Assembly (NCBI GenBank): GCA_035289745.1
Contig: DATDWF010000024.1
Coordinates: forward strand, 1-31,734
Reading direction: 5' to 3'
Length of the DNA: 31,734 nucleotides
Source: Candidatus Nanoarchaeia archaeon
Lineage (GTDB): Archaea; Nanobdellota; Nanobdellia; Woesearchaeales; GW2011-AR9
In this document: positions 15,935 through 24,190 of the stretch, piece by piece
Layout of the letters: each line of letters begins with the position of its first letter
How positions within the stretch are numbered: position 1 is the stretch's first letter
The notes under the pieces: model-generated
The model's input: only the letters and a program-made list of their open reading frames with translations
Database searches by the model: none
What the model was told of the DNA's origin: nothing
Position numbers and translations under genes: made by a program

Positions 15935-16087
15935 TTAGGAAGTTTTACCAATCGCATCTTTAATAAGCTCGATATTGCAACTATGATGCTCTTTGCACCA
16001 TTTTTCGCACGCTTCGGCTTTCTTTTTCTCGGCGTAGAGCATGCGACATTCGGCGCAGGCAAAAGCTTTATTTTTTTTCTTGACCAT
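15935..16087 (-). CDS. 50-aa Cys/His-rich small metal-binding protein (not in ORF track)
   Basis: Translated by hand: MVKKKNKAFACAECRMLYAEKKKAEACEKWCKEHHSCNIELIKDAIGKTS*. Its ATG overlaps the ArsR stop (TGATG). Confidence 0.8.
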   Translation of the reverse strand: MVKKKNKAFACAECRMLYAEKKKAEACEKWCKEHHSCNIELIKDAIGKTS

Positions 16088-16398
16088 CAGCGCTCTCCAT
16101 GCAGCACGTGCAAACAGTACTGCTCCATGTGCTTATCAATAAGGGCTAAGATCTTCGTGATGGACTTCTGATTGACCCGATAATAGCGATGCTTTCCCCG
16201 CTGCTCGACAAAGACCATCCCGCAGCGCTCCAAGCGCTTGAGGTTGTGCGATACCATGGTCTGCTCAAAGCCCGTGGCATTGCAGATTTCGGTCACATTC
16301 TTGGTTCCATGGCGCAGCAGATTGATGATCCGCAGCCGGTTAGGATTCGCCAACGAGCCGAAAAAGAGCTTGTACGTTTCGTTCTGGTGCTTCATCAC
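16087..16398 (-). CDS. ArsR/SmtB family metalloregulator
   Basis: FFGSLANPNRLRIINLL...VTEIC...QTMVSHNLKRLERCGMV...RGKHRYY, with a C-terminal HMEQYCLHVLH. ATG 16395 is an alternative start. Confidence 0.92.
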   Translation of the reverse strand: MMKHQNETYKLFFGSLANPNRLRIINLLRHGTKNVTEICNATGFEQTMVSHNLKRLERCGMVFVEQRGKHRYYRVNQKSITKILALIDKHMEQYCLHVLHGER

Positions 16399-16419
16399 AT
16401 GAAAAAAATATCATGTGAT
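16394..16419. promoter_or_regulatory. Putative ArsR operator (9-8-9 palindrome) next to a TATA box
   Basis: ATCACATGA-N8-TCATGTGAT overlaps the start codon. A minus-strand TTTATATA lies at about 16419-16427, with a third half-site TGTGATGAA at 16430-16438. Confidence 0.7.
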
Positions 16420-16510
16420 ATATAAATCTTGTGATGAACGGGATAAAACATAATCTTTATAAGTTTATATTAATTTATCGATTATTATTAATGATTTAAT
16501 TGATAATCTG

Positions 16511-17017
16511 ATGAAAACTAAACGATTAATTAATTCTTTTTTCATAGTCGCCATAGTGGTGATTATACTATTTTTTACTGATAGTATATTTAGTAATTTA
16601 GACCAAGACTATTTTAAAAAACATCAAGAAGAATTGACTATCGCGGAAATAGTTGACACTCCCGATGGCGAGGGAACTAATTATTCTTATGCTGATACAC
16701 CCTATTCAAAATTAGCGCATTTTTCGTTTTGGCTGTATTTTTTGATTCCACCTTTGTTAGTCATGTTTCTTAGTGGCAGATATTTGCTCAAAGAGAAAAA
16801 ATATCTGCTTAGTCTGCTTCTGCCGTTTTCCTTTATCCTCTTGACTTTTATATTGCAGGCAAAGAACATCTATAATGCTGTGGGCTGGGAAAAAGATTTT
16901 GGAATAATGATGGTTTCTTTGTATGTGGCAGCAGCTTTCGTATTAACCTTAATTATCAATTCTATCATCCTGTTTAAGATTAGAAAATCTAAAAAAAAGA
17001 GAAAACCATATAAGTAA
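16511..17017 (+). CDS. Hypothetical membrane protein (about 4 TM)
   Basis: AT-rich intact 168-aa ORF with hydrophobic helices and a basic C-terminal tail. Confidence 0.75.
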   Translation: MKTKRLINSFFIVAIVVIILFFTDSIFSNLDQDYFKKHQEELTIAEIVDTPDGEGTNYSYADTPYSKLAHFSFWLYFLIPPLLVMFLSGRYLLKEKKYLLSLLLPFSFILLTFILQAKNIYNAVGWEKDFGIMMVSLYVAAAFVLTLIINSIILFKIRKSKKKRKPYK

Positions 17018-17036
17018 CAAAAAAGAGGTACCTACC

Positions 17037-18239
17037 ATGAAAAAAATATTTGGCTTGTTTTTAATGAGTTTGCTGCTCTTGCCTGTCGTGCTTGCTCAGC
17101 AGCCGGAAGATCCAGGCGTGACGCCCGATTCATTTCTCTGGGGTTTAGATAATGCTATAGACCAACTCACGCTGCTCTTGACCTTCGATAAAGCAGAAAA
17201 AGCCAGAAAAGGGCTGGAAATTGCTCGGGAACGGCTCTTGGAAGTCAAGCAGATGATTGAAGAGAATAAAGCCGAAGCTGCCCAAAAAGCTGAAGAAGCC
17301 CATGGGAAACAACTCTTGAAAGTAAAAGAAAATGTTGCCGCTTTGGCAAGAGATAACTCCGGAGAAGAGCTCGATGCCGTCCTGGACATTGAGAAAGAGC
17401 TGGAAGAGCATGGCGAAGCGGTCGAGCAAGCTTTTGGAGAGCTCAAAGTCAAAATTGAAGTGAAAGGAGAACTTACTGTAGAACAAAGAGAGCGGCTTGA
17501 TGCCTTCTTGAATAGCCTGAAATCACAAACCGGAGACGTGGAAGTGCGGATCAAAGAGAAAAAAGACCAGATAAAAATCCGCATCAAGCAGGAAACCGGG
17601 AAATCTGATGAAGAAGTTGAAGCTGATATTGAGGAGCAAGAACAAGAAAAAGGCCTCATGAAGCAGGAAAAAGCTCAAGAGGCGATAGCAGATGCGCAGG
17701 AAGAAATTGCTGAGCTCAGAGAGGAACTGGGCGGAGCGAATGCCACCACGAGTGTCTTACAGCTCTTAGAAGAATCAGAAGCAAAGCTGGCGAAAGCTCA
17801 GGAAGCTTTTGCTGAAGAAAAGTTCGGAGAAGCCTTTGGGCAAGCCACGGCAGCTGAGCAGCTGGCCAGAAATGCCCTGCGGCAGATGGAAAGCAAAGAA
17901 GAGTCGGAACGGGAGATAGAAGTCAAGATAAAAGATGGCGGGGCGGAAATCGAAGTGCAGGTTGATGAGACCGAGTGGGAATTCACCGTAAACTCGACGG
18001 ACTTGGACGTCATCATCGCCGAAATTGCAGCGAAGACCGGCTTAACGGCGGAAGAGATAACGGCCATCATGGAAGTGAAAGAGGAACGGGAAGGGGCAGA
18101 GAAGAGAAAACCTGAGGATCGAGAGAGGGGGAAGTCAGGTAAAAATGCTACCGACTCCGACAGCGATGACAATGAAGGGGAAAACGAGACGTCCGACAAT
18201 TCTGACGAGAATAGCGGTTCAGATGAAGAAGAGGAGTAA
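17037..18239 (+). CDS. Exported DUF5667-like coiled-coil acidic protein
   Basis: GAGGT RBS and signal peptide; PGVTPDSFLWGLDNAID...EIARERLLE; long Glu/Lys-rich helices and an acidic tail. Confidence 0.8.
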   Translation: MKKIFGLFLMSLLLLPVVLAQQPEDPGVTPDSFLWGLDNAIDQLTLLLTFDKAEKARKGLEIARERLLEVKQMIEENKAEAAQKAEEAHGKQLLKVKENVAALARDNSGEELDAVLDIEKELEEHGEAVEQAFGELKVKIEVKGELTVEQRERLDAFLNSLKSQTGDVEVRIKEKKDQIKIRIKQETGKSDEEVEADIEEQEQEKGLMKQEKAQEAIADAQEEIAELREELGGANATTSVLQLLEESEAKLAKAQEAFAEEKFGEAFGQATAAEQLARNALRQMESKEESEREIEVKIKDGGAEIEVQVDETEWEFTVNSTDLDVIIAEIAAKTGLTAEEITAIMEVKEEREGAEKRKPEDRERGKSGKNATDSDSDDNEGENETSDNSDENSGSDEEEE

Positions 18240-18260
18240 ATCCTCTTTCTTATTTTTTGG

Positions 18261-18353
18261 TTAATACAATTCTAGGGAAAGATTTCGAATTTTAGAAAAA
18301 TGTTTGATATTCCTTGTTAAAACTGATTCGTTGTGGACCTGGGCAACTCCGGC
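18261..18353 (-). pseudogene. C-terminal remnant of a VapC PIN toxin
   Basis: The frame shifted by +1 from vapB reads AGVAQVHNESVLTRNIKHFSKIRNLSLELY*, a classic PIN C-terminus (TRNxKHF). There is no start or N-terminal catalytic region. Confidence 0.7.
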
Positions 18354-18573
18354 TTACTCTTTGGTGATGTAAAATCTGATGGTGTTTTCTTTCCTGAAAA
18401 ATAGCCTTTTCAAGCAGATCAGCATGTTCTTTGCCAAGCACACCATAAAAAGAAGCCAACTCTTTTTTGCCGGCGAGTTTTACAATAATTTCGCTAAAGC
18501 TTTCTGTGCTCTCTTTTCGCGAGTGTAAGATAGTATACGCTTCTTCAGTTATGGAAATTGTTTTTGTCGACAT
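18292..18573 (-). CDS. vapB: Archaeal VapB-type antitoxin (DUF217-like), C-terminus fused to the vapC remnant
   Basis: MSTKTISITEEAY..L...K...ESFSEII..L...KEL..FYG pattern. Confidence 0.8.
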   Translation of the reverse strand: MSTKTISITEEAYTILHSRKESTESFSEIIVKLAGKKELASFYGVLGKEHADLLEKAIFQERKHHQILHHQRVSRSCPGPQRISFNKEYQTFF

Positions 18574-18660
18574 CCGTGTATGTATGTGTATGCACTTTAA
18601 ACATATTTCGATGAAAAAAGATGAAATTCCCAGACCAAGAAAAATGGTTATTGTTTCTCT

Positions 18661-19089
18661 TCACAACAACAGCAAGCTATTCAAGAAAACCAGCAAGGTT
18701 ATCCCTGCCGAAATTAAGCAGTAAAAGCAATAGTCTTTGATGACTTTAAACTGAATAAACACCAGAAAGAGCGAGAATAAGAAGCTGGCTGCGGTCGCAA
18801 AAGGAAAAACGGTAAAGATGAGTGTTGCCCAATTGGCATTAAAAAGTGAGGCAAGAGTCCCTACAATTAGCCCCAGAAAAAACAACAGCCCAATAACCTC
18901 ATTCCGGACCAAGAAGATACGCGACCATTTGCTTTCCGTGACGACACTGCAATCATGGTCCAGCGGGCAGACGAACGGCTTTTTCTGATAGTGCTTCCAG
19001 ACGAGGAAGCCGGCATTGACCAGCCCGCTAATAGAAAGAACCAGAAAAGATGCTATGAACTGAAAATTGTCGCTGACGATTGGTATCAC
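18661..19089 (-). CDS. Vitamin K epoxide reductase (VKOR) family protein
   Basis: Loop CPLDHDC-SVVTESKWSRIF and a membrane YCFYC redox motif; about four TM helices. Confidence 0.9.
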   Translation of the reverse strand: MIPIVSDNFQFIASFLVLSISGLVNAGFLVWKHYQKKPFVCPLDHDCSVVTESKWSRIFLVRNEVIGLLFFLGLIVGTLASLFNANWATLIFTVFPFATAASFLFSLFLVFIQFKVIKDYCFYCLISAGITLLVFLNSLLLL

Positions 19090-19163
19090 CTTTTTGAAAT
19101 TTAATCGCTTTTCTCTGTATCAGATATCTGTCACCGCTTTTCCGAATTTATCTTTTGTTTAAT

Positions 19164-19547
19164 TCATCTTTCTTTGGCGTGCATAAACAGCAAAGCCACT
19201 GCTGCAAAGAGGATGGCCACATCACGGAAGATAATATCCAGCAGCGTAATATTGGTTACAATAATCGCCACGAGCGTCACGCCCCCCAAAATTGCGGCGT
19301 AAAATGCTTTTTTCCCAGATAACAGCCACAGCGCCAGAGCCATCTGATAGAGAGAATATGCAAAAAGGAGGATGGATGCCGGCATAAATCCCCGTAACCA
19401 CGCCGGAAAAAAGCCGATCCAGTTCAGCGGCTGCAGGAAGGAAGCGATAGCAGCATAGAAGAAGACCGTCGCTAAGCCGACGCGGAGGAAAAAAGAAGCC
19501 AGGTCCAGATGGTCGCAGGTTTTGATAGTTTTTCCTTTTTTGGCCAT
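19164..19547 (-). CDS. DoxX-family membrane protein
   Basis: FLRVGLATVFFYAAI...WLLSG...RDVAILFAAVALL. Confidence 0.8.
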   Translation of the reverse strand: MAKKGKTIKTCDHLDLASFFLRVGLATVFFYAAIASFLQPLNWIGFFPAWLRGFMPASILLFAYSLYQMALALWLLSGKKAFYAAILGGVTLVAIIVTNITLLDIIFRDVAILFAAVALLFMHAKER

Positions 19548-19631
19548 GCTTATCCGATTAGACTTTTACATCTTTTCAGAGTATTAATACTTTTTCGACT
19601 ACGATAAAGTAGTTTTTACAATGAGAACTGT

Positions 19632-22600
19632 TCATTTTTTCCGGTATTTCCGCCGCAGCAGCCACCGCATGCCCAGGAAAGCCAAGACCAGTACGAAAGC
19701 GCCCAGCCAGTAGGGACTGGAGTGGAGCAGCAGCTTTCCAATCGACGGCTTTTCTGGAACGATCGTGAACGGATAGCCGGCGATGGCCTCGCCTCCATCA
19801 TAGCGAAGAATGGCCACAAACAGGTAATTACCGGTAGGAATGTCCGCAGGAAGGGCTGCTTCTTTCAGGAAAGTGATCTCGTTCTCCACGACTTTAGTTT
19901 CATATTCCTGATAGAGCACGTTCTGCTGTGCATCCCAGATGTTGTATTCCAGCTGCACGGGAACGAGATCCAAGCGGGTGATATTTATCAAACGGATTTC
20001 GGCAAGGAGCTCTTCCCCTGGCAAGATGCTCCGGTATTTCTGGGGGATGAAAACTGTTACATCAAAGAGCGTGCCGGGGATATGCAGCGGCTGGGTTATT
20101 TCAAGTGTAGGAATAGCCGGCAAAGGAGCAGGAACAGCAACTGCGGGTGCAGGGGGGGGAACAGTCAGATAAACAGCTTCACCCGACCCGGCACCGCCCG
20201 CGGCAGCTCCCGCCGGTGCTTCAGCGGCAGCAGAAGTAGCGGTGAACGACCGGGTAGCACCGCTTTTTTCTGTGCCGAAGTACACCACGAGCTTAAAGTA
20301 CAGCGTTCCCATCTGCGTAATGCCGCTGAGCATCAGCTGCGTGTTAAAATCCGCGCCAGCGGCAATCAGCTTGGCTGCGGAAGCATATCCTAGATCATCC
20401 CCGCCGCCGCATTGGTTGGATTGCTCCACAACGATACAATATTCATACCGATATTCAAAGGCGGCTGTTCCTTCGTTGGTGATAGTGATGTCAGCAATAA
20501 TCGTGGGGATAGTGGCATCTGCTATGGCATTGATGATGACTTGCGCAGGAGCGCTTTCCAACTCCCAGTAATCGCTGAGCTGGATGTTCCGGGCATTGCT
20601 GGTTACATTGACCTGCGTTTCCCAGACGCCCGCAGTGTGCCCGGTGGTCGTGGTAAAATTGTAGGCAAATACCCCTCGTGAAATGAAATCCATAGCGACG
20701 CTTTGCACGATGATGTTCCGCAAAGAATCATAGAGGGTGACGACAGGCGTGGCGTCGGGTGCTTTGGGGCTGCCCTGGAAGTCAAAGGTCCAGACGCGGG
20801 TGCGATAGCTGCTCCCCGCTGCAACTTCGCCTAAATCTGAAAGCATCACCTGCGTTTGATTATTGATGTTGCCGAGAATAGTGGCGACAGTCTGGTTTAT
20901 GAAAGCGGCAGTCTGATTGAGGCCCTCCAGGCTCTGGTTCAGATTTCTCTCTTGGTCTGGCGTGAGGCCGCGGCGCGGGAAGATGCTGACTTGAACAGTG
21001 CTGGCAAATCCCAGGCTTTCATTAGACACGATTATGCCGTAGCTGTCGGTAACCGTCGGCACAAACGAGAAGATATATCGCCCAAACCGGCGAGTATTAT
21101 TGGCAATCCCGGCAAAAGCTGGCCCTTCGTTGGAATTGGTCACATTGTAATTAAATTCGTACCTATTCACAGAAGTCCCATTGGCATAGCGGGAGGTGAA
21201 TGAGCAATACACAGTTTCATTCACTTCCGCCCCCTGAGAACAGCTGAGCTGTTCGAGAGTGACGGGATCATTGACCACCAGGCTACTCACTGAAAAAGTG
21301 GTGCTCTCCGAAGCATTAATATTATTAGAGGTATCATTCGCGATGATGCGAACCGTATACGCCCCCACGTCTCTGGTGACATTAAAAGTACCATTATAGA
21401 GTGCCAGGCTTCTATTGAACAGTTGGATCTGCGTGATGCTGCCATTCGGGAAAGTGATATTTGCTAAGACAATAGAAATCGCCACAGTATTCGTGACGTT
21501 AGCCGTAATGTTCACGAGCATGTTCTGAAGAAAAATGGTCCCGGCAACCGGCGTGAGGTTTGTGACCAGGGGAGCCGTCACATCGATGATGCTGAATGAA
21601 GTGGTCTCTGAACTGTTGAACCCATTAGAGGTGTCATTGGCGATAAAGCGGACGAGGTACGTTCCCAGAGCATTGGTCATGCTGAAAGTGCCGTTATAGA
21701 GTGCAAAACTACTGTTGAGCAATTGAATTCTCGCGATGCTCCCATTGGGAAAAGTGATATTGGCAAATACCTGAGAGACGCCGACATTGTCCGCAACGGT
21801 AGCACTGATATTGAGGGTAGCATTCAGTACAAAACTGCTGCCGGGAACCGGCGTGAGGTTTGTGACCACAGGGGAAAAAGCATCGCCAACGGTAAAGATA
21901 GCTATTTCAGTGCTGTTCCGGTTTTGGTGTATGCTGGTATCGTTGGCAATGACACGCACACTATACATCCCCGACAGGCTGGTAACCGCAAAAGTGGCAT
22001 TGTAAAAAGTATTGTTGCCGGAGCGATTCGTTAGAGTGAGCTGTTGGATGGTGCCGTTCGGCAGAGTGACGTTCGCCAGCACCGTGCCCACAACAATATT
22101 GTCAGTAACGGTGGCATTGATGTCTAGTATCGCATTCGGGTTAAAATTGAGCCCATTGGGGTTTAACGCCGTCACATTCGGCACCGGATCATAGCGGTAC
22201 CAGTCAAACATGACAGCTTCCTGCACCGCTGTGAGGACTTCAGTGCTGGTTTCCAAGGGAGATTCGCCGATGGCAGCGAATCCCGTCCCATCCCAGCGGA
22301 TAACCGAAATATCTTCCAGGATGTCCATGGCGGTAACCATAATCTCTGCGGTGGTGGGATGTGGAGTAAAACGCAGGCCGTCAATATCGTCTGATGCAAA
22401 GGAGCTCGTCGTCGGGGCCGTGTTCAGATCTGCAACGCTCCAGGTGTTTGCCTTAGTAAACTGAACGTAATCGACGGACAGCGAAGACAGATCAACAAAC
22501 CCAAATAAAGCCGTGCTGGAATTATACCAAGCGCAATCGACATTCACATTGTTGGCGCCAGCCGGCTCGGCATCCAGATCTTCCGCCGGAGGGCTTGCCA

Positions 22601-23669
22601 GGACTTCTGTACCGTTCCACATCCGGGCATTGACGTCGCTTCCGGCATCCTCGACAATGAGGCCAACATAATCAGACGTGGGGTTAGAGCACAGGCGGGT
22701 GTCGCCCAAGGCATTTCCCAAGGCAATAGTTGTTTCCGCGCTCCAGTGCGGCGCCGTGATAGAAAATGCTCGGTACACCAGATTGGTCCCCGTCCCATAG
22801 ACCACCAGCCCATCATCGCTCGCGCTTTCCCAGGCGAAAGCAAAATGCTGCGTAAGGCTTGATGTCGTTCCCGTGGAGAGGGTCGTATTCCGCGTGAGAT
22901 CAAAGCCCGTTCCATTCCAGTAGTGGGCATGGAGATCAGCGGCATTGTCGTGGATGAGGAGCATCATATCATCCGTCCCGGGCCGCTGCACCAGGCGAAC
23001 CCAGCGTATCGGGCTGGACACTAATCCCGTCACCAGAGTGTTCTCAGCAGAATACTGGCTGCCATTCCAGATCCGATATTGGACGGCCGTATCGGAAACT
23101 GATGAGCTTTCATACACAACCAGCGCATCGCCGGAAACATCTTCCACGGCGATGTCAAAAGCGCGTGAGTTGGAGTTTAAGACATCTGCGCTCACTTCCA
23201 ATGCCGCCCCCCACGTCTTATTGGCGGGATATACCTGGATATTCACGTCATTCCCCTTGTCTTCCGTGCCCAGAATGATCTCGTCCCGCTCATGATTCCC
23301 CCGGACGACCGCCCAGGTGATGTCATTCGTCCCATCGATGCCGATGGGCTGGGCGCTCTGTTCGGTGGAGAAATTATTGGAAAAGTTCCAGATGCGGAAG
23401 CGGGGAATGGCGACGTTAAGCTCCCCATACACAATGAGGCCGTCAGCCTGAGTGGGAGTGATGCTGCCCTGCGGGACTATATGCAACTGCCCAGAAGAGC
23501 CTGAAAGGGTGTTTCCGGGAGATGAGAAGAGGGACAAAGAAGAAACCGCTGCACCAGTTATCCCTCCCCCGCTAAAGAAAGCTATTCCACCCACTAACAC
23601 TAATAGCGCCAAAAAAGCGAAGCTCCCATAAATGGTTCTAAGATATCTCACTCGTTTCCTGCCGACCAT
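19632..23669 (-). CDS. Large (1345 aa) cell-surface glycoprotein with Ig-like repeats and a C-terminal TM anchor
   Basis: N-terminal TM followed by ITGAAV; recurring WNG/WDG motifs; three ~100-aa repeats; many NxS/T sequons; C-terminal TM and basic tail. Confidence 0.9.
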   Translation of the reverse strand: MVGRKRVRYLRTIYGSFAFLALLVLVGGIAFFSGGGITGAAVSSLSLFSSPGNTLSGSSGQLHIVPQGSITPTQADGLIVYGELNVAIPRFRIWNFSNNFSTEQSAQPIGIDGTNDITWAVVRGNHERDEIILGTEDKGNDVNIQVYPANKTWGAALEVSADVLNSNSRAFDIAVEDVSGDALVVYESSSVSDTAVQYRIWNGSQYSAENTLVTGLVSSPIRWVRLVQRPGTDDMMLLIHDNAADLHAHYWNGTGFDLTRNTTLSTGTTSSLTQHFAFAWESASDDGLVVYGTGTNLVYRAFSITAPHWSAETTIALGNALGDTRLCSNPTSDYVGLIVEDAGSDVNARMWNGTEVLASPPAEDLDAEPAGANNVNVDCAWYNSSTALFGFVDLSSLSVDYVQFTKANTWSVADLNTAPTTSSFASDDIDGLRFTPHPTTAEIMVTAMDILEDISVIRWDGTGFAAIGESPLETSTEVLTAVQEAVMFDWYRYDPVPNVTALNPNGLNFNPNAILDINATVTDNIVVGTVLANVTLPNGTIQQLTLTNRSGNNTFYNATFAVTSLSGMYSVRVIANDTSIHQNRNSTEIAIFTVGDAFSPVVTNLTPVPGSSFVLNATLNISATVADNVGVSQVFANITFPNGSIARIQLLNSSFALYNGTFSMTNALGTYLVRFIANDTSNGFNSSETTSFSIIDVTAPLVTNLTPVAGTIFLQNMLVNITANVTNTVAISIVLANITFPNGSITQIQLFNRSLALYNGTFNVTRDVGAYTVRIIANDTSNNINASESTTFSVSSLVVNDPVTLEQLSCSQGAEVNETVYCSFTSRYANGTSVNRYEFNYNVTNSNEGPAFAGIANNTRRFGRYIFSFVPTVTDSYGIIVSNESLGFASTVQVSIFPRRGLTPDQERNLNQSLEGLNQTAAFINQTVATILGNINNQTQVMLSDLGEVAAGSSYRTRVWTFDFQGSPKAPDATPVVTLYDSLRNIIVQSVAMDFISRGVFAYNFTTTTGHTAGVWETQVNVTSNARNIQLSDYWELESAPAQVIINAIADATIPTIIADITITNEGTAAFEYRYEYCIVVEQSNQCGGGDDLGYASAAKLIAAGADFNTQLMLSGITQMGTLYFKLVVYFGTEKSGATRSFTATSAAAEAPAGAAAGGAGSGEAVYLTVPPPAPAVAVPAPLPAIPTLEITQPLHIPGTLFDVTVFIPQKYRSILPGEELLAEIRLINITRLDLVPVQLEYNIWDAQQNVLYQEYETKVVENEITFLKEAALPADIPTGNYLFVAILRYDGGEAIAGYPFTIVPEKPSIGKLLLHSSPYWLGAFVLVLAFLGMRWLLRRKYRKK
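21290..22195 (-). repeat. Three tandem ~300-nt intragenic Ig-like repeats (approximate bounds)
   Basis: An identical 23-mer AACCGGCGTGAGGTTTGTGACCA occurs at 21546-21568 and 21846-21868, exactly 300 nt apart. The protein motifs ANxTxPNG and IANDTS each occur three times. Confidence 0.8.
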
Positions 23670-24042
23670 TTTTCGGGGGGAGGGGGGCAGTGGTATAGGG
23701 GTGGTGATTATTGTTAAAATTTTCTTTGAGATCCCGTTCTATCAGTTTATAGCGAGGGGCCAATTTTTCACCGATAGACTTTCCTTGGGAAGTGAGCTGA
23801 TAAAGCTTTCTTTTTTCATCGAGCAAATGGACAATGAGCCCTTTCTCTTGCAGCGAAAACAAGATAGGGTAGAGGGTGCCTGCACTTAAAGAAATCCCAT
23901 ACTCCGCGGTAATTCTCGCCATAATCTCCTGGCCGGACAACGGCTTTTCTTTGAGCCAGGCAATGATAAGAACATCGATAACCCCCAACAGAAATTTTTT
24001 CTTCAAAGCCATTAAAAAGGCATGATTGTTCTCTTCAACCAT
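23638..24042 (-). CDS. PadR family transcriptional regulator
   Basis: LSGQEIM...ISLSAGTLYPILFSLQEKGLI...RKLYQLTSQG. Confidence 0.9.
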   Translation of the reverse strand: MVEENNHAFLMALKKKFLLGVIDVLIIAWLKEKPLSGQEIMARITAEYGISLSAGTLYPILFSLQEKGLIVHLLDEKRKLYQLTSQGKSIGEKLAPRYKLIERDLKENFNNNHHPYTTAPLPPKNGRQETSEIS

Positions 24043-24190
24043 TTAGAAAAGAGAAATACTCTTAGAGATATAAACTTTTGGTTGTCTGCACCACTACTAC
24101 GTGATGAAAGTCGAAAATCGAGAAAGCGAAGAGTTTAAAACAAAAGCGGTTTTCTCTGGAGACTGTTGCTCATAATGCCGGAGCTCTCCG

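Noticed and set aside
13260-23504. Numerous antisense or alternative-frame ORFs (e.g. 13872-14495, 17096-17659, 19722-20393) and others elsewhere such as 12305-12895
   Set aside because: They lie fully opposite well-supported genes, have no recognisable motifs, and are expected in GC-richer coding DNA.
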